Source of the DNA: Nitrosopumilus sp.
GTDB taxonomy: Archaea > Thermoproteota > Nitrososphaeria > Nitrososphaerales > Nitrosopumilaceae
Direction: 5' to 3'
Length of the DNA stretch: 64,000 nt
Assembly: GCA_965223425.1 (NCBI GenBank)
Contig: OZ245003.1
Span: forward strand, 224,001-288,000
Position numbers and translations under genes: made by a program. Every line of letters starts with the position of its first letter. Position 1 is the first letter of the stretch. Below the pieces are notes generated by a model, which was given only the letters and a program-made list of their open reading frames with translations, was not told the DNA's origin and searched no databases. Shown here in pieces: positions 32,671-43,761 of the stretch.

Positions 32671-34105
32671 AGACTTTATGCATAATTGAATCATAAAAAT
32701 TTTTCCGAAAGATTTAGATCCATTTTGATCGCCGCAACAGGTAATGGAATCTTCAGAACAGACTATACGCAGGCTACAAAAAGAGCTCAAGCAAAAGGAC
32801 ACAGCAATCAGGCAAAAGGACACAGCAATCAAGCAGAACAACAGAGCAATCAGCAAGCGCGAGAAGACGATTGGCCTGCTGCGCGAGCAGCTGCTGCGCG
32901 AGGACAGCCTGTGGGCCGTTACAGATGCAGGCCGCTCTGATACGGACACGTCGCTGCTGCACATCAGGGAGGTGATCCACGGCATACTGCACAACAGCGC
33001 AAAGCTTGCGGGAATTACCGTATGACCTTGACCAGTTTGACTACATCTGCAACGACTTTGTGGCAGAGTCAAAGAGGCACAACAAAGACGCGCCGCTCTT
33101 TTCAGAGGACGAAACACCGGATCCCGGAAACCGCTGCCTGCCTGGCCGCAGGTCCGTCCTGCTGCTTGCGCTGTTCCGCAAGAGGCCAAACGTGACGCAG
33201 GACGCTCTGGGGCACTGTTTGATGTTGACCAGTCCACCGTGTGCAGGTACCTCCGGTTCGCAGATTCCGTACTGGCAAAGATTCTGCCTACTGCAGACAG
33301 GATGACCCGTCTGGTAAAAAAGGCCGAGACATCAGAGCAGCTAGAGCAGCTAATGCCGGACAGAACCATCATAATTGACGGCACCGAGGCGGTGCCAAGG
33401 CAGCGTCCGCAGGACAGGGATAAAAGAAAAAACACGTACTCTGGCAAAAAGAAGCGCTTTACGATTAACACCGCCATAACAACAAACAGGGCAGGCCCGA
33501 TGCTTGCAGCAGGCAGGTCCTTTGAGGGCGGGACGCACGACCTTGCCATGATAAGAGAGGATCCGACAGACTGGCAGGTGGTCTAAATCCATGTACAAAA
33601 AGGACACTCCGGAAAAGGACAGGATACGGGTGTCTGCAGACAAGGGGTACCGGGGATGCCAATCACTACACGGGAATGGCACTTGAGATGCCGGAAAAAA
33701 AGAGGCCGCGGACGGAGCTGACGCAGCAGCAAAAGGACTCGGACAAAAGGATCAGCGCCAAGAGGGTAAAGGCGGGGCACGCCATCGGAAGAATAAAGCA
33801 GTGGGCAAGGATGACAGACCCGTACGACGGCACGGTAGAGGAGTTTCGCGAGGAGCTGGCTGTGTGTACCGGCCTTGCGAACTTTCAACTGCTGTGGGAT
33901 GCAAAGAAAAAGCGGCCGTCACTTAGTTATTGACGGCACAGCACAGGGTGCATGAGGCACTGCAAGAGTGCGCACGGATTTCTAATTTCTGCGAATTTAC
34001 AATGATCTTTTGCATCAAAATTAAATAATTTCCTGGACTGGCTTTGTGTGTCTTGGTAGTGTGTGCTGCAGAAAAAATTTGACGGGTCAATTATGCATAA
34101 AGTCT
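32671..34105 (+). mobile_element. IS5-family (DDE_Tnp_4) element, copy 2, multiply frameshifted
   Basis: 19-bp perfect TIR AGACTTTATGCATAATTGA; IIDGTE...RQRP...YSGKKKRFTIN, ADKGY, HAIGRIKQW. Confidence 0.88.
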
Positions 34106-34981
34106 ATGATACTGTCAACACGGCATGCCGCAGCATGAGGCGACGCATCAGCAATGAAACAACAGTAGCTGCAATAGACAAGCACAAGATTCCGCACCAT
34201 GACAGGAATCCCGACCTCAGGTACCTCATACAGTCAAAATACGAGTCAGGAACGTACAGGTTTGAGTCATACATAACATCCAAGATAGTGCAGGGCGGCA
34301 AGGAGGTCAACCTGTGCTTCAGTCCAGTCACCCGAGGGATCTTCAACGGTGAATTCGTGCGTAAAACCATCGAAAAATGCTCCAAGCTGCACCTTGGAAT
34401 CGGCCTCTACCTTTTGACAGGGAGTTTTACGCAACAGACGTGATGCGGACTGTCAGATCGCTTCACAGGCATTTTATCATGCCGGCAAAAAAGAATGCCG
34501 GCATCAAGCGCGCCATTGTACAGCACGCCCAAGGAAAGCGCGGCGATGTCTCTAGGTACACCATACAGTCCGGCTCCGAGAAGTTCACGTTCAACCTGGT
34601 TCTGATCAGGGATGATGCCAGGAAAAAAGACGGCACCATGTTTGACAGGTATCGCGCATTTGCAACGTCGCTGCCATACGAGAGCGAAAGGGACGTTGTC
34701 AAGTACATCCCAGAGCAGTACAAAAAACGGTGGGGAATTGAAACGGGGTACAGGTCTGCAAAGAGCATACGCCCGCACACTGCCAGCAGGAACCCCTCCG
34801 TACGGATGCTTTTGTTTGTCTTGTCACTGGTGCTAAACAACATTTGGATAGGCCTGCGTCGCACGGTGGGCAGACAAAGATATCATGTGACACTTGCCGG
34901 TGTTTTAAACAGGATAATCTGCGTGTTTGCAGCATGTGTGTATGCTAGGTGGCCACCGCCTATCGGGTGATTTGTGGGCTG
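34106..34981 (+). mobile_element. ISH3-family transposase remnant (5'-truncated, frameshifted)
   Basis: AAIDKHKIP, DREFY, YKKRWGIETGYR; ends in ...GTGGGCTG. Confidence 0.8.
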
Positions 34982-35949
34982 TTTTGGAACGGTACAATCC
35001 CAACTACTGCAAACACATTCACGCAGTTGAAATTAGTCTGCATATCAGACGTGAGGTTAAGAAGCATGTTATTGAGACAGTCAACACTAATTCCTGTCAG
35101 TTCTGCGGTTCTGATAATGTCTCCAAGTGGGGAATAAGACACAACAAGAATTACGACTTGCAGATATTCAAGTGCAAGGTTTGTTCTAAAAAATATTCCA
35201 CCAATCTAGGATTTGAGGGAATGCATGCTTCACCTCAAGTTATCACTAATGCCATGCAGTTGTATTTTACAGGTGAATCCTTGCGTGGTGTCCAGAAGTT
35301 CTTGAGACTTCAAGGTATCAACATGAGTCATGTTTCTATTTACAAATGGGTCAAGAAATATGTTAAACTTATGGATAATTACTTGTCCACAATTACCCCA
35401 CAGGTTGGCGATAAATGGCATGCAGATGAGGTATGGCTCAAAGTAAAGGGTGATCGAAAATACCTGTTCGCTATGATGGACAATGAGACACGTTTTTGGA
35501 TTGCTCAAGAAGTAGCTGATAGCAAGTTCAAGCATGATGCACAAAGTCTGTTAAAGATGGGTAAGACGGTAACAAAAAAGACACCCAGTGTTTTTGTTAC
35601 TGACGGATTACCAGCATACAATGACGCATTCAAAAAAGAGTTTGCACCAAAAAACTTTCTGCATAAACCAAGCAAACACGTCAAAGAGGTACATTTCAAG
35701 AACCAAGTAGCAAATAACAATATCCAAGAGAGATTAAACGGTGAGTTCAGAGACAGAGAGAAAGTCTTTAGAGGTCTCAAAAAAGACGATTCACCGGCAA
35801 TAGATGGTATCAAATTGTATCATAATTACATCAGACCCCATCAAAGTTTAGACGGTGATACACCAGCAGACAGGGCAGGTATTGAGATAAGAGGTAGTAA
35901 CAAGTGGAAGACCATAATAGAAAACGCTGCAATGGAGAATCACGCTTAG
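34982..35949 (+). CDS. IS6-family transposase (N-terminus lost)
   Basis: CKHIHAV, Zn ribbon, WHADEVWLKVKG, YLFAMMDNETRF, VTDGL, NNNIQER, YHNYIRPH. Confidence 0.88.
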
Positions 35950-36109
35950 TCTGAATCCCAAAGTTTAATTATATACAATATGTAAAATGTATTATGAATG
36001 AGACACCCGATTGGACAGAAAAAGAAAAAGCAATGATGAAGAAAGCTGAAAAACTCAGAGATGAAGGAAAGCTCAAGTCAAATTAGAAACCACATATTGT
36101 TGATTGATT

Positions 36110-36424
36110 ATGGAATATCCTAATCCTATTTTTGCACCAAGTTTTGATTTTTGTATCAATAATTTCTTTCCTGAGCGAGAACATGAAGTGTTAGGTGAGG
36201 TAATGTGTTTGCTCAAAAAACCAAGCAGTCTGCCTAAACCTAAAGAATGTGGAAAGCATAGAAGTAGAATCAAACAACTACTCCTTGCAACAAACACAGT
36301 CGTTTATTATTGGGATTATGGCAGAGTGTGGCAATTTGTAGGTGTTATAGAAAATGGGAATGGAAGACAGTTAGCCGAATTAGACAAAATTTTGAACAGT
36401 GGTGAATTTGATAACGATACCTAA
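36110..36424 (+). CDS. Hypothetical passenger protein (possibly RelE/ParE-like)
   Basis: 104-aa ORF inside TIRs, preceded by a short charged ORF at about 35994; fold guess only. Confidence 0.4.
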   Translation: MEYPNPIFAPSFDFCINNFFPEREHEVLGEVMCLLKKPSSLPKPKECGKHRSRIKQLLLATNTVVYYWDYGRVWQFVGVIENGNGRQLAELDKILNSGEFDNDT

Positions 36425-36543
36425 CCCCTCAACAGTTAACAGAAAGAATTACCACTAGTCAAGTTAACAGAACCGTAAATCGTATATACCAAAATATCAA
36501 GTGTCCTATTCTTACTTTAAAATAAATCTGTTAATCTAATTAT

Positions 36544-38232
36544 CTAGTAATAATGATGCATTTGTCTTTGCTCTAATCCTTCTTGTTCAAAGTGATTGTG
36601 AGCCTTTCCTCCATCGCGATGTGCATGAACATGACCATCAATATGACAATGTGTGTTGTCAATTAAATTCTTCATGAATACATCGTCTATGTTTAGTATC
36701 ATGTTAGTTACCTCTACTGCAGTTTTGAAGACTTGTTGTTTTACAACTATTGTTTCTATAACTTCTGATTTTGACATGTCAGCTATCTTTCTAACATTCG
36801 AATTTATCCCATACCATCTTGTTTTGCCATTGGTTTTTGCCAGCTCTGCTCGAAAATGTGTTAATGTATCTAGCATATTCATTCCAATATTTTGTGCTAA
36901 CGTTAGCGGTATTTGTTCTACGGCATTTGCAAATCTTTCTATTGCAATCTGTTCTTTACCTTCTACAGTAACCGCATATTTTCTGATTTTATGTGCGATT
37001 ATTCCTTCAGTTGAGCCTGCCCCATACACGATAAATGGATTTTCAATAAAATTTCTTAATACAAAAATCGCATTTTTGGCATTTCTATGAAATTCATCTA
37101 AATATCGTTTTGAATTAGCTCTTAACAACAAAGTTACCGATTTTGGGTTATTTCCCTCTACGAAAACCATCTTTTCTTCACCTACAGTTTTTTCATACAC
37201 TTTTTTTGCAAAACCTAATTCATCATTGGATATTTTCTCTATGTTTTCACAAGTTTTAGCACCTGTTGCCTTTTCTAACCACCATAAATCATTGTACTTT
37301 ACTCTTCGCATTGACATGATTCCTTTTTTTGCAAGTGCTTCTTGCACAAACTCATTTACTCCTTTTCTTGATATTACTACATTAGCTCCAGAGTCTGCAA
37401 TATTTTTTACAAGAACAAGCAAGTCTTTATTTTCTTGATTAAGAAATTGATTCATTTGTTCTGGTGATTCTATTTCTATCCCTGCTTCTGTTCTTGTTCT
37501 CATTGTTTCTAATGATTCATTAATTAACAAAATCTTGGCATCCTTGATAGTTCTAGGCATTGTAGAACTGTCTATTGTTTTATCAATAACTGTACCTTTG
37601 ATTAATTGTATCTCTGTACCGCTTCCCACTTTTTCTTCAATTTTGATATCATCTATGTCTATTTGGCTTCTTTCAAAATTAGTTATCTGATATATTGCAT
37701 CAATGATTGTATCTACAATCTTTGTATTTTCTTCTTGTAGATCAAAAATTGCTTTTCCTTCCAAACATGTAGTTAGTAATTGCTTCATTACTTTTCTGTC
37801 TCTTTTGTCTGACTCTATCTTAATTTCATCTAATACTTCTAAAGTATGCTCTAAACTCTTTTCATAGCCTTTTGTAATCGTTGCAACAGGAATTCCAATT
37901 TTTAGTAATTCCTGAGCCTGATTAAGTAAACTTCCTATTAGAACAGCTGCTGATGTTGTTCCATCTCCGACATGGTTGTCCACTGCATTTATTGCCTCTA
38001 TGACTGATTTGGCTGCCGGATGATCAACATCAACTTTTCTCAGAAATGCTCCCCCATGGCTTGTTATGGTATCCTCACCAAGTATGTCAATGTACATTTT
38101 TTCCATACCTCGTGGACCCAGTGATGTTCTAACTATGTCTGTGACAAGTTTACCTGAAATTAGATTATACATTTGTGATTCTTGTAACCCAATACGTGAA
38201 ATATCTTGATCAAGTAAATCTGGATATTTCAT
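36544..38232 (-). CDS. Divergent group II chaperonin (thermosome-like) with His-rich C-terminal tail
   Basis: TSLGPRGMEK, HPAAK, VGDGTTS, YGAGSTE; tail THCHIDGHVHAHRDGGKAHNH...MHHYY. Confidence 0.9.
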   Translation of the reverse strand: MKYPDLLDQDISRIGLQESQMYNLISGKLVTDIVRTSLGPRGMEKMYIDILGEDTITSHGGAFLRKVDVDHPAAKSVIEAINAVDNHVGDGTTSAAVLIGSLLNQAQELLKIGIPVATITKGYEKSLEHTLEVLDEIKIESDKRDRKVMKQLLTTCLEGKAIFDLQEENTKIVDTIIDAIYQITNFERSQIDIDDIKIEEKVGSGTEIQLIKGTVIDKTIDSSTMPRTIKDAKILLINESLETMRTRTEAGIEIESPEQMNQFLNQENKDLLVLVKNIADSGANVVISRKGVNEFVQEALAKKGIMSMRRVKYNDLWWLEKATGAKTCENIEKISNDELGFAKKVYEKTVGEEKMVFVEGNNPKSVTLLLRANSKRYLDEFHRNAKNAIFVLRNFIENPFIVYGAGSTEGIIAHKIRKYAVTVEGKEQIAIERFANAVEQIPLTLAQNIGMNMLDTLTHFRAELAKTNGKTRWYGINSNVRKIADMSKSEVIETIVVKQQVFKTAVEVTNMILNIDDVFMKNLIDNTHCHIDGHVHAHRDGGKAHNHFEQEGLEQRQMHHYY

Positions 38233-38323
38233 CCCTTTCAGTCTTCTTTCAGATATTAAAACATACTTGACAAGAAACTGAATTTGCTAATGATATAAAA
38301 TGAAAATTTATTGAGAACCTGAA

Positions 38324-39922
38324 TTAACTCGGCTTCATCGCATTCTTACTTGAAACATCATCATCTGGACCTGGAGTGTTGGAGTCTGGTCCACCTGGCA
38401 TAGCTTCTTCTCCACTTTTGAAGTGTTTCAAGTCTTCTCCTGCAATGACATCTTCCTCTGGTGGTACATAATCACGTACATCGTGTCTATTCTTTCCTGG
38501 ATATTTGTTCTGTGTTGCAAGTGCGACTATGATGAATAGCACAAATGAAACAACTGGTGGTATCATTGTATCTAACCCTGCCCATTCTTCTGGCATTGTA
38601 AAGAAGAAGTAAAGTCGTAAGAATGAACCCACAAGAAGTGATGCAATAGCTGCTGGCATGTTTGCCTTTTTCCAAAACAAACCAAATGTAAGTGGAGCAA
38701 ATGCTCCTGCAAATACTATGTCGAATGCTAAGATAAGATAAATTCCTGGTGCTGGCACAAAGTAACCAAGTATAGTTCCTGCAACCATCATTGGAATAAT
38801 TGCAATACGTGTAACTCCCAGTAGTTTCTTGTCTGACCAATTTGGTTTACCCATCCATCGTCTTCTAATTATTCTCTGCATCATATTTCTAGATACTACA
38901 CTGGAAATTGCTAATAGTCCTCCACTAGCGGTGGACATTGAGGCACCAATTACGCCCATTAGTATTGATGCACCAATTGCAAATGGCATAAACTCTGTAG
39001 ATAACAACGGCAATGCCAAGTCTGGCAATGTATCTCCTGGTAGGTAGTAGAATGCTACAATTCCTAACATGCTAGTTGGTACTACTGTAAATAATGTCAA
39101 TGCTCCTCCCATCAATGCACCTCTCCGTGCTGTCTTTGGGTTCCGAGCTGAAAACACTCTTTCCATAAAGTCCAATGCTACTATGTCCCCTAAACCTAAT
39201 GCTAGTATTGCTCCCCAATTGATCAACGCTCCATTTGCAATATCGTATAATCCCGACAAGTCCATGAATTCTGGTGGTGCATTGTTGTAAATGACATCCC
39301 AAGGTGTGTCTGCAAATCCTCCTGCAAAGAAAAGGAACCCTGCCCAGAATGAACCAATTGCAAGATAAACTTGGAATAAATTAGTATAAGCTGATGCAAA
39401 CAGTCCTCCAGCAATTGTATAAGCTACTACTACTAGAGCTGAAATTAATATCCCCCAGAAATAATCTATACCAAACACAACTTCTAAAATAAATCCACTT
39501 GCAGCTAAATTACCTGCAACAAGAACTAGAAAACTAATAATCATAAGAACACCAGAAATTCCTTCTGCACCGTTTCCAAATCTTCTAAAGTAAAAGTCTG
39601 GTAATGTTATCATTGATATTTTGTTTAGTGGTTTTGCATAGAATGCAGATGTTACAAGCAAACATAATCCAAGGCCTATTGGAATAACTGCACCTGCCCA
39701 AAATCCAAATTCAAATACTAATGCAACATTTCCTAGTGACGAATTACCATCAACTGCTTGAGCTGCTAACATAGTTCCTACCATAGCTAACGGCAAACTT
39801 TTTCCTGCAACAATCAATCGTTTGCCGCTGTTTTTGACTAGTTTACTTGCAAATACTCCTACTACAAGTGTAATTACGATGAATGCTGCAACTGCAATGC
39901 CAAACCCATCCAGCTCCACCAT
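38324..39922 (-). CDS. Sodium:solute symporter (SSS) family transporter
   Basis: About 13 TM segments, VAGKSLP, TLPDFYFRRFG, YTIAGGL, GASMSTASG. Confidence 0.9.
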   Translation of the reverse strand: MVELDGFGIAVAAFIVITLVVGVFASKLVKNSGKRLIVAGKSLPLAMVGTMLAAQAVDGNSSLGNVALVFEFGFWAGAVIPIGLGLCLLVTSAFYAKPLNKISMITLPDFYFRRFGNGAEGISGVLMIISFLVLVAGNLAASGFILEVVFGIDYFWGILISALVVVAYTIAGGLFASAYTNLFQVYLAIGSFWAGFLFFAGGFADTPWDVIYNNAPPEFMDLSGLYDIANGALINWGAILALGLGDIVALDFMERVFSARNPKTARRGALMGGALTLFTVVPTSMLGIVAFYYLPGDTLPDLALPLLSTEFMPFAIGASILMGVIGASMSTASGGLLAISSVVSRNMMQRIIRRRWMGKPNWSDKKLLGVTRIAIIPMMVAGTILGYFVPAPGIYLILAFDIVFAGAFAPLTFGLFWKKANMPAAIASLLVGSFLRLYFFFTMPEEWAGLDTMIPPVVSFVLFIIVALATQNKYPGKNRHDVRDYVPPEEDVIAGEDLKHFKSGEEAMPGGPDSNTPGPDDDVSSKNAMKPS

Positions 39923-40163
39923 GACTAGATTAGAATATGAAAATTATATAAATATTGAAATTTTACAGTATAATACGTTTTATGAGGAAAAAATTGTGCG
40001 TATAGTACATTTTATGATAAAATTTTTATAATTTTTATAAATTTTATACAATTTAAAAAATTTGTGATCAATAAATATGAAGTTCATAATTTCATTATTT
40101 TTCAAAAATATTTTGTAAAACAAAAATTCAAAATCTTATAAATTTGATCTTTTACAAAATAAT

Positions 40164-40334
40164 GTGGATAAACAATATGCTTTTGCAGTTATTTTGATTA
40201 TTCTTGGGATCGGTTTGAGTCAATCTGGAGTTTCTGATTCTTTTAACTTTGGTCTTGGAATTGGAATTGTAGCAATGGGTTGTCTTTGGGTCTTTATCAG
40301 ACTAGTTAAAGAATGGAAAAAAAAGTCATCATAA
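40164..40334 (+). CDS. Small two-TM membrane protein (56 aa, not in ORF track)
   Basis: GTG start, DKQYAFAVILIILGIGLSQ...GIGIVAMGCLWVFIRLVKEWKKKSS*. Confidence 0.55.
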   Translation: MDKQYAFAVILIILGIGLSQSGVSDSFNFGLGIGIVAMGCLWVFIRLVKEWKKKSS

Positions 40335-40383
40335 TTTCCCTAAATTTATAAAATGATATAAACTCTGAATTACTATATTTTGT

Positions 40384-40905
40384 ATGCCTGGAAAGGGATA
40401 TTCTACAGTTGGTATGAAGCCTGTTATCACAACTAGATTACAAGATGCAACTGATAAGAACTACCCTGGAATGTTTTTGCCTAGTACACTGATTATCATA
40501 ATGAATGAAGTTAAGCTTGGATACTATTCTGTAGAGCCACACAAAATAAAATTAGATTTGTCTGGACGTTACAATACAGTAACTATTAGATCTGATGTTA
40601 AAGACTGGTTAGAAGAAAATTATGAAAATCTTGGCGCAAAGTATGAAGAAAGATATGGTGTAAAGTGCTTTACAAAATTTGTAAGTTACTTTATTGTTAA
40701 CATGCTTGAATCAAAAAATGATGCTCAAAATCATACAATCAGTTTAAAGGAATCTGATTTTGAATGGCTTCAAATAGAATATCGTAAACTAAAAAATAAC
40801 TCGAATGATCATCAGGATGTTCCTAGCTTTGAACGATTTGCTGATATGTACATTAATAATTTATTTGGAAAGATTAAAGCTGCAAAAGAAATCCTAACAA
40901 TGTAA
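40384..40905 (+). CDS. Hypothetical protein, possibly a tandem RHH-like regulator
   Basis: Three similar beta-helix units (YSTVGMKP, YNTVTIRS, HTISLKE). Confidence 0.55.
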   Translation: MPGKGYSTVGMKPVITTRLQDATDKNYPGMFLPSTLIIIMNEVKLGYYSVEPHKIKLDLSGRYNTVTIRSDVKDWLEENYENLGAKYEERYGVKCFTKFVSYFIVNMLESKNDAQNHTISLKESDFEWLQIEYRKLKNNSNDHQDVPSFERFADMYINNLFGKIKAAKEILTM

Positions 40906-40932
40906 ATTGTATTAATTTGAATTTTTAAAAAA

Positions 40933-41184
40933 TTAGAGTGGCGTCATTGTGTCAATTAGCCTTGCATTAGTAACTTGACCATCTTTTTCTTGTATTTCTA
41001 GGTCTACTGTGTATTTTAGTGAATCTAGCATGAAATTAACTTGGACATCCCATGCTTCTCTAGGTCCTTTTTCAGGAATTTGAAATGTTTCATTGATTCT
41101 AAAATCGCTTACATCACCATATAATGCATCAATTATTTTTTTTGATTGTCTTGCAATATCTTCTGGTGTGCTAACTTTTTCCAT
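40933..41184 (-). CDS. Hypothetical protein (PepSY-like)
   Basis: WDVQV...YTVDLEIQEKDGQV pattern. Confidence 0.55.
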   Translation of the reverse strand: MEKVSTPEDIARQSKKIIDALYGDVSDFRINETFQIPEKGPREAWDVQVNFMLDSLKYTVDLEIQEKDGQVTNARLIDTMTPL

Positions 41185-41246
41185 ACATAATCATACATTA
41201 AACACGTATAAAAATATTGAAATTAATTTTCACTTTTCTCAGTGTG

Positions 41247-42485
41247 TTATATTTTTGTAAGTCTTTTCATGAATGATTCTTTTTTCATATTTGTTATTTC
41301 TGTCTCTGCTTTATTTTTATGATAAATTGCGGTTTGATTATCAGGATCAAGTTTCAAAGCTCTGTTATACCATTTTAAAGACTCTTCATATTTTTTTAAC
41401 GATAATAGTATTTTCCCTTTGTAGCTTATGGCATATACGTAATTTGGATTAATTTTTAATGCTTTTTCACAATATGCTAATGCTTCTGTGTATTTTTTTG
41501 CATGCTCTAAAAGCCACACCATACTACATATTGCCATGACATTTCTTGGTTCAACCTCTAATGCGCATTCACAATAAAACCTGGCTTTTCCAAACTTTTT
41601 CAATGATGATAGTGCTATTCCTTTACTGTAAAGTGCTCTAACATTATTTGAATCATAATCTAAAATTTTATCAAAACATTTGATCGCTTTTTTGTACAAG
41701 CCTATTTTGTCTAATGCTAAACCTTTGTTCATTAAAGCTTCAGTACATCTAGGATCTATCTTTATTGCTTTATCGTAAAATACAAAAATATCTTTGGTTG
41801 AAAATCCTGCAAAATCTAATGTCCATCCTTTGGCTACTAGTGCTTTAGTATTTTTATTATCTATCTCTATGGCTCTTGTATAGAATTTTATTGCTTGCTC
41901 ATGCTTTCCTTGCTTGGTAAGTTTTTCTCCTTTCTCAAATATGATATTGGATTGTCTAGAATCCTCATCGATGGCCTTTTTTAAGAATAATAATGATTCT
42001 GAGCTCTTTTTTAGCCTCCCAAGAATCAAACTTTTGTTGTAAAGTGCTGTAGAATTTTTTGGATTTTTTTCTAGAGCCTGGTCTATAGTTTTCAGTGCTT
42101 CTTCATTACTCCCTAGTTTGCTTTGACATAGTCCTATTGATGTTAATGAGTCTAAATACTGTGAATCAATTTCAAGAGATTTTTTAAAATGAGATATTGC
42201 TTCTTCATATTTTTTTAATTGTTCCAGTGCAAGACCTTTGTTGTATAATGCATCAATGTTTTTTGGATCTACTGATAAAACATGTTCAAAACAAATTATG
42301 GCATTTTTGAAATCTTTCATTTTATACAATGTTGTGCCTTTGTGAAGCTGTGCAACAATATTTTCAGGTTCTAAAGAAATTGTTTTATTAAATTTTGAAA
42401 TAGCTTTTTTGAATTGACTATAATATACCGCAGTTAATCCTTGATTCAAATAATACCATGAATTTTTTGAGCTCTTTAATATCAT
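41247..42485 (-). CDS. Tetratricopeptide-repeat protein
   Basis: About 11 consecutive 34-aa TPR units (ALYNKG...A...F...L..DP). Confidence 0.92.
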   Translation of the reverse strand: MILKSSKNSWYYLNQGLTAVYYSQFKKAISKFNKTISLEPENIVAQLHKGTTLYKMKDFKNAIICFEHVLSVDPKNIDALYNKGLALEQLKKYEEAISHFKKSLEIDSQYLDSLTSIGLCQSKLGSNEEALKTIDQALEKNPKNSTALYNKSLILGRLKKSSESLLFLKKAIDEDSRQSNIIFEKGEKLTKQGKHEQAIKFYTRAIEIDNKNTKALVAKGWTLDFAGFSTKDIFVFYDKAIKIDPRCTEALMNKGLALDKIGLYKKAIKCFDKILDYDSNNVRALYSKGIALSSLKKFGKARFYCECALEVEPRNVMAICSMVWLLEHAKKYTEALAYCEKALKINPNYVYAISYKGKILLSLKKYEESLKWYNRALKLDPDNQTAIYHKNKAETEITNMKKESFMKRLTKI

Positions 42486-42645
42486 GTATTTTTTTATTCA
42501 AATATTATTTTTATAGTTTAGTTAAATCGTATATTACACATACATGGTTCTGTTTAATATCTAATAATCTGTTTTGTAAAAAATTCAAATACGTATTATA
42601 CTTGAAATCTTTAATTATCAAAGTCAATTAATAAATTTGATTTAC

Positions 42646-43761
42646 ATGGGAATGGAATTTTATGGTGATGATTTTCAGGGTGCCGATGTTGCACCGTTTG
42701 TTGGAATTAACACCTTTTTGCATCTCCCTTGGGTAAAGAATCATCAAGAGTTAGTTGAAGCAAAACCTGATGTTGCAATTATTGGAGAACCATTTGATTT
42801 TGGTACTACTATTCGCCCTGGAGCAAGATATGGGCCAAGAGCAATTAGAGCAGCATCTACAATTCCATCACCTCCATTTGAAAGATTTAACATTGAAACT
42901 GGCGCAGATCCATTTGGAACTTTTCGTACAGTAGATTATGGTGATGTTGTAGTCTCACCAGGTGATGTAATAGAATCACACAAAAGAATGACTTTGAAAG
43001 TCAAAGAAGTTTTAGAACAAGATGGAATTCCTGTAATGCTTGGAGGAGACCACTCAATTACATATGCAAACGTTAGAGCTTTTCAGAAAAAATTCAAAAA
43101 CATTGGCATGATTCATTTTGACACGCATGCTGACTGTGCGCCACAAGGATTAACTGGTTTCAAGTATGATCATGGTGCACATATTAGACGAATAATGGAA
43201 ATGGGTTGTCTCAAGGGAAAAAATTATTCTCTTGTAGGTCCAAGAGGATATTGGCCCGGACGTGATTTGTACAAATGGATGTCAGACCAAGACTTCCAAT
43301 GGTTTACAATGCTTGATGTTGAAGAATTAGGAATTGATGTAATTGCAAAAGAAATAGCTGACAGGGCAAATGATGGAACAGACGCTGTTTATCTTAGTTG
43401 GGATATAGATTCTTTTGATCCTGCTTTTGCACCTGGTACCGGAGAACCTGAACCAAACGGGCTAACATCAAGAGAAGGAATTAGAATGATCCGTTTACTA
43501 TCAAAGTCATTTGATCCTGATAGATTTGCAATGGACTTGGTAGAAATCGCACCAGCATATGATGTTAGTGATACAAGTTCTTACAATGGAGGAATTACAT
43601 CTGGACTAGGACAAAGATTAGTTGTAGAACTATTAGCTGGATTGTCATTAACAAAGAGAGGTTTGAATGGAGGAGATCCTGTGAGACCAAAAGATTACAT
43701 GGGTACTGGAAACACATACAGTTTTGGTAATCCCACTTCTGAAATACCAAAGAGAGATTAA
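42646..43761 (+). CDS. Ureohydrolase (agmatinase/guanidino-acid hydrolase family)
   Basis: RPGARYGP, GGDHSIT, DTHAD, DIDSFDPAFAPGTG metal ligands. Confidence 0.92.
   Translation: MGMEFYGDDFQGADVAPFVGINTFLHLPWVKNHQELVEAKPDVAIIGEPFDFGTTIRPGARYGPRAIRAASTIPSPPFERFNIETGADPFGTFRTVDYGDVVVSPGDVIESHKRMTLKVKEVLEQDGIPVMLGGDHSITYANVRAFQKKFKNIGMIHFDTHADCAPQGLTGFKYDHGAHIRRIMEMGCLKGKNYSLVGPRGYWPGRDLYKWMSDQDFQWFTMLDVEELGIDVIAKEIADRANDGTDAVYLSWDIDSFDPAFAPGTGEPEPNGLTSREGIRMIRLLSKSFDPDRFAMDLVEIAPAYDVSDTSSYNGGITSGLGQRLVVELLAGLSLTKRGLNGGDPVRPKDYMGTGNTYSFGNPTSEIPKRD

Larger units (their letters stand above)
32390..36474 (+). mobile_element. IS6-type transposon with passenger genes and nested IS elements
   Basis: 51-bp TIRs (GGTTCTGTTAACTTGAC..., 4 mismatches); 8-bp target duplication GTAAATTG/GTAAATCG. 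Confidence 0.88.
32000..36525 (+). pseudogene. Universal stress protein, frameshifted and split by the IS6-type transposon
   Basis: FNNILIC...LAKKFDSNVVLLE...DIDLLVVDS...HKDIVN | RIYQNIKCPILTLK* resumes at 36475. Confidence 0.8.

Noticed and set aside
32443-33549. 368-aa ORF as a novel HNH fusion protein
   Set aside because: Chance read-through from the antisense strand of the IS5-like element into a truncated HNH domain.
42646-43761. Calling the ureohydrolase a GdmH-type guanidinase
   Set aside because: It lacks the GWPEP and MHTCPW-type signatures I recall for GdmH, and no guanidine riboswitch was recognisable; substrate left open.
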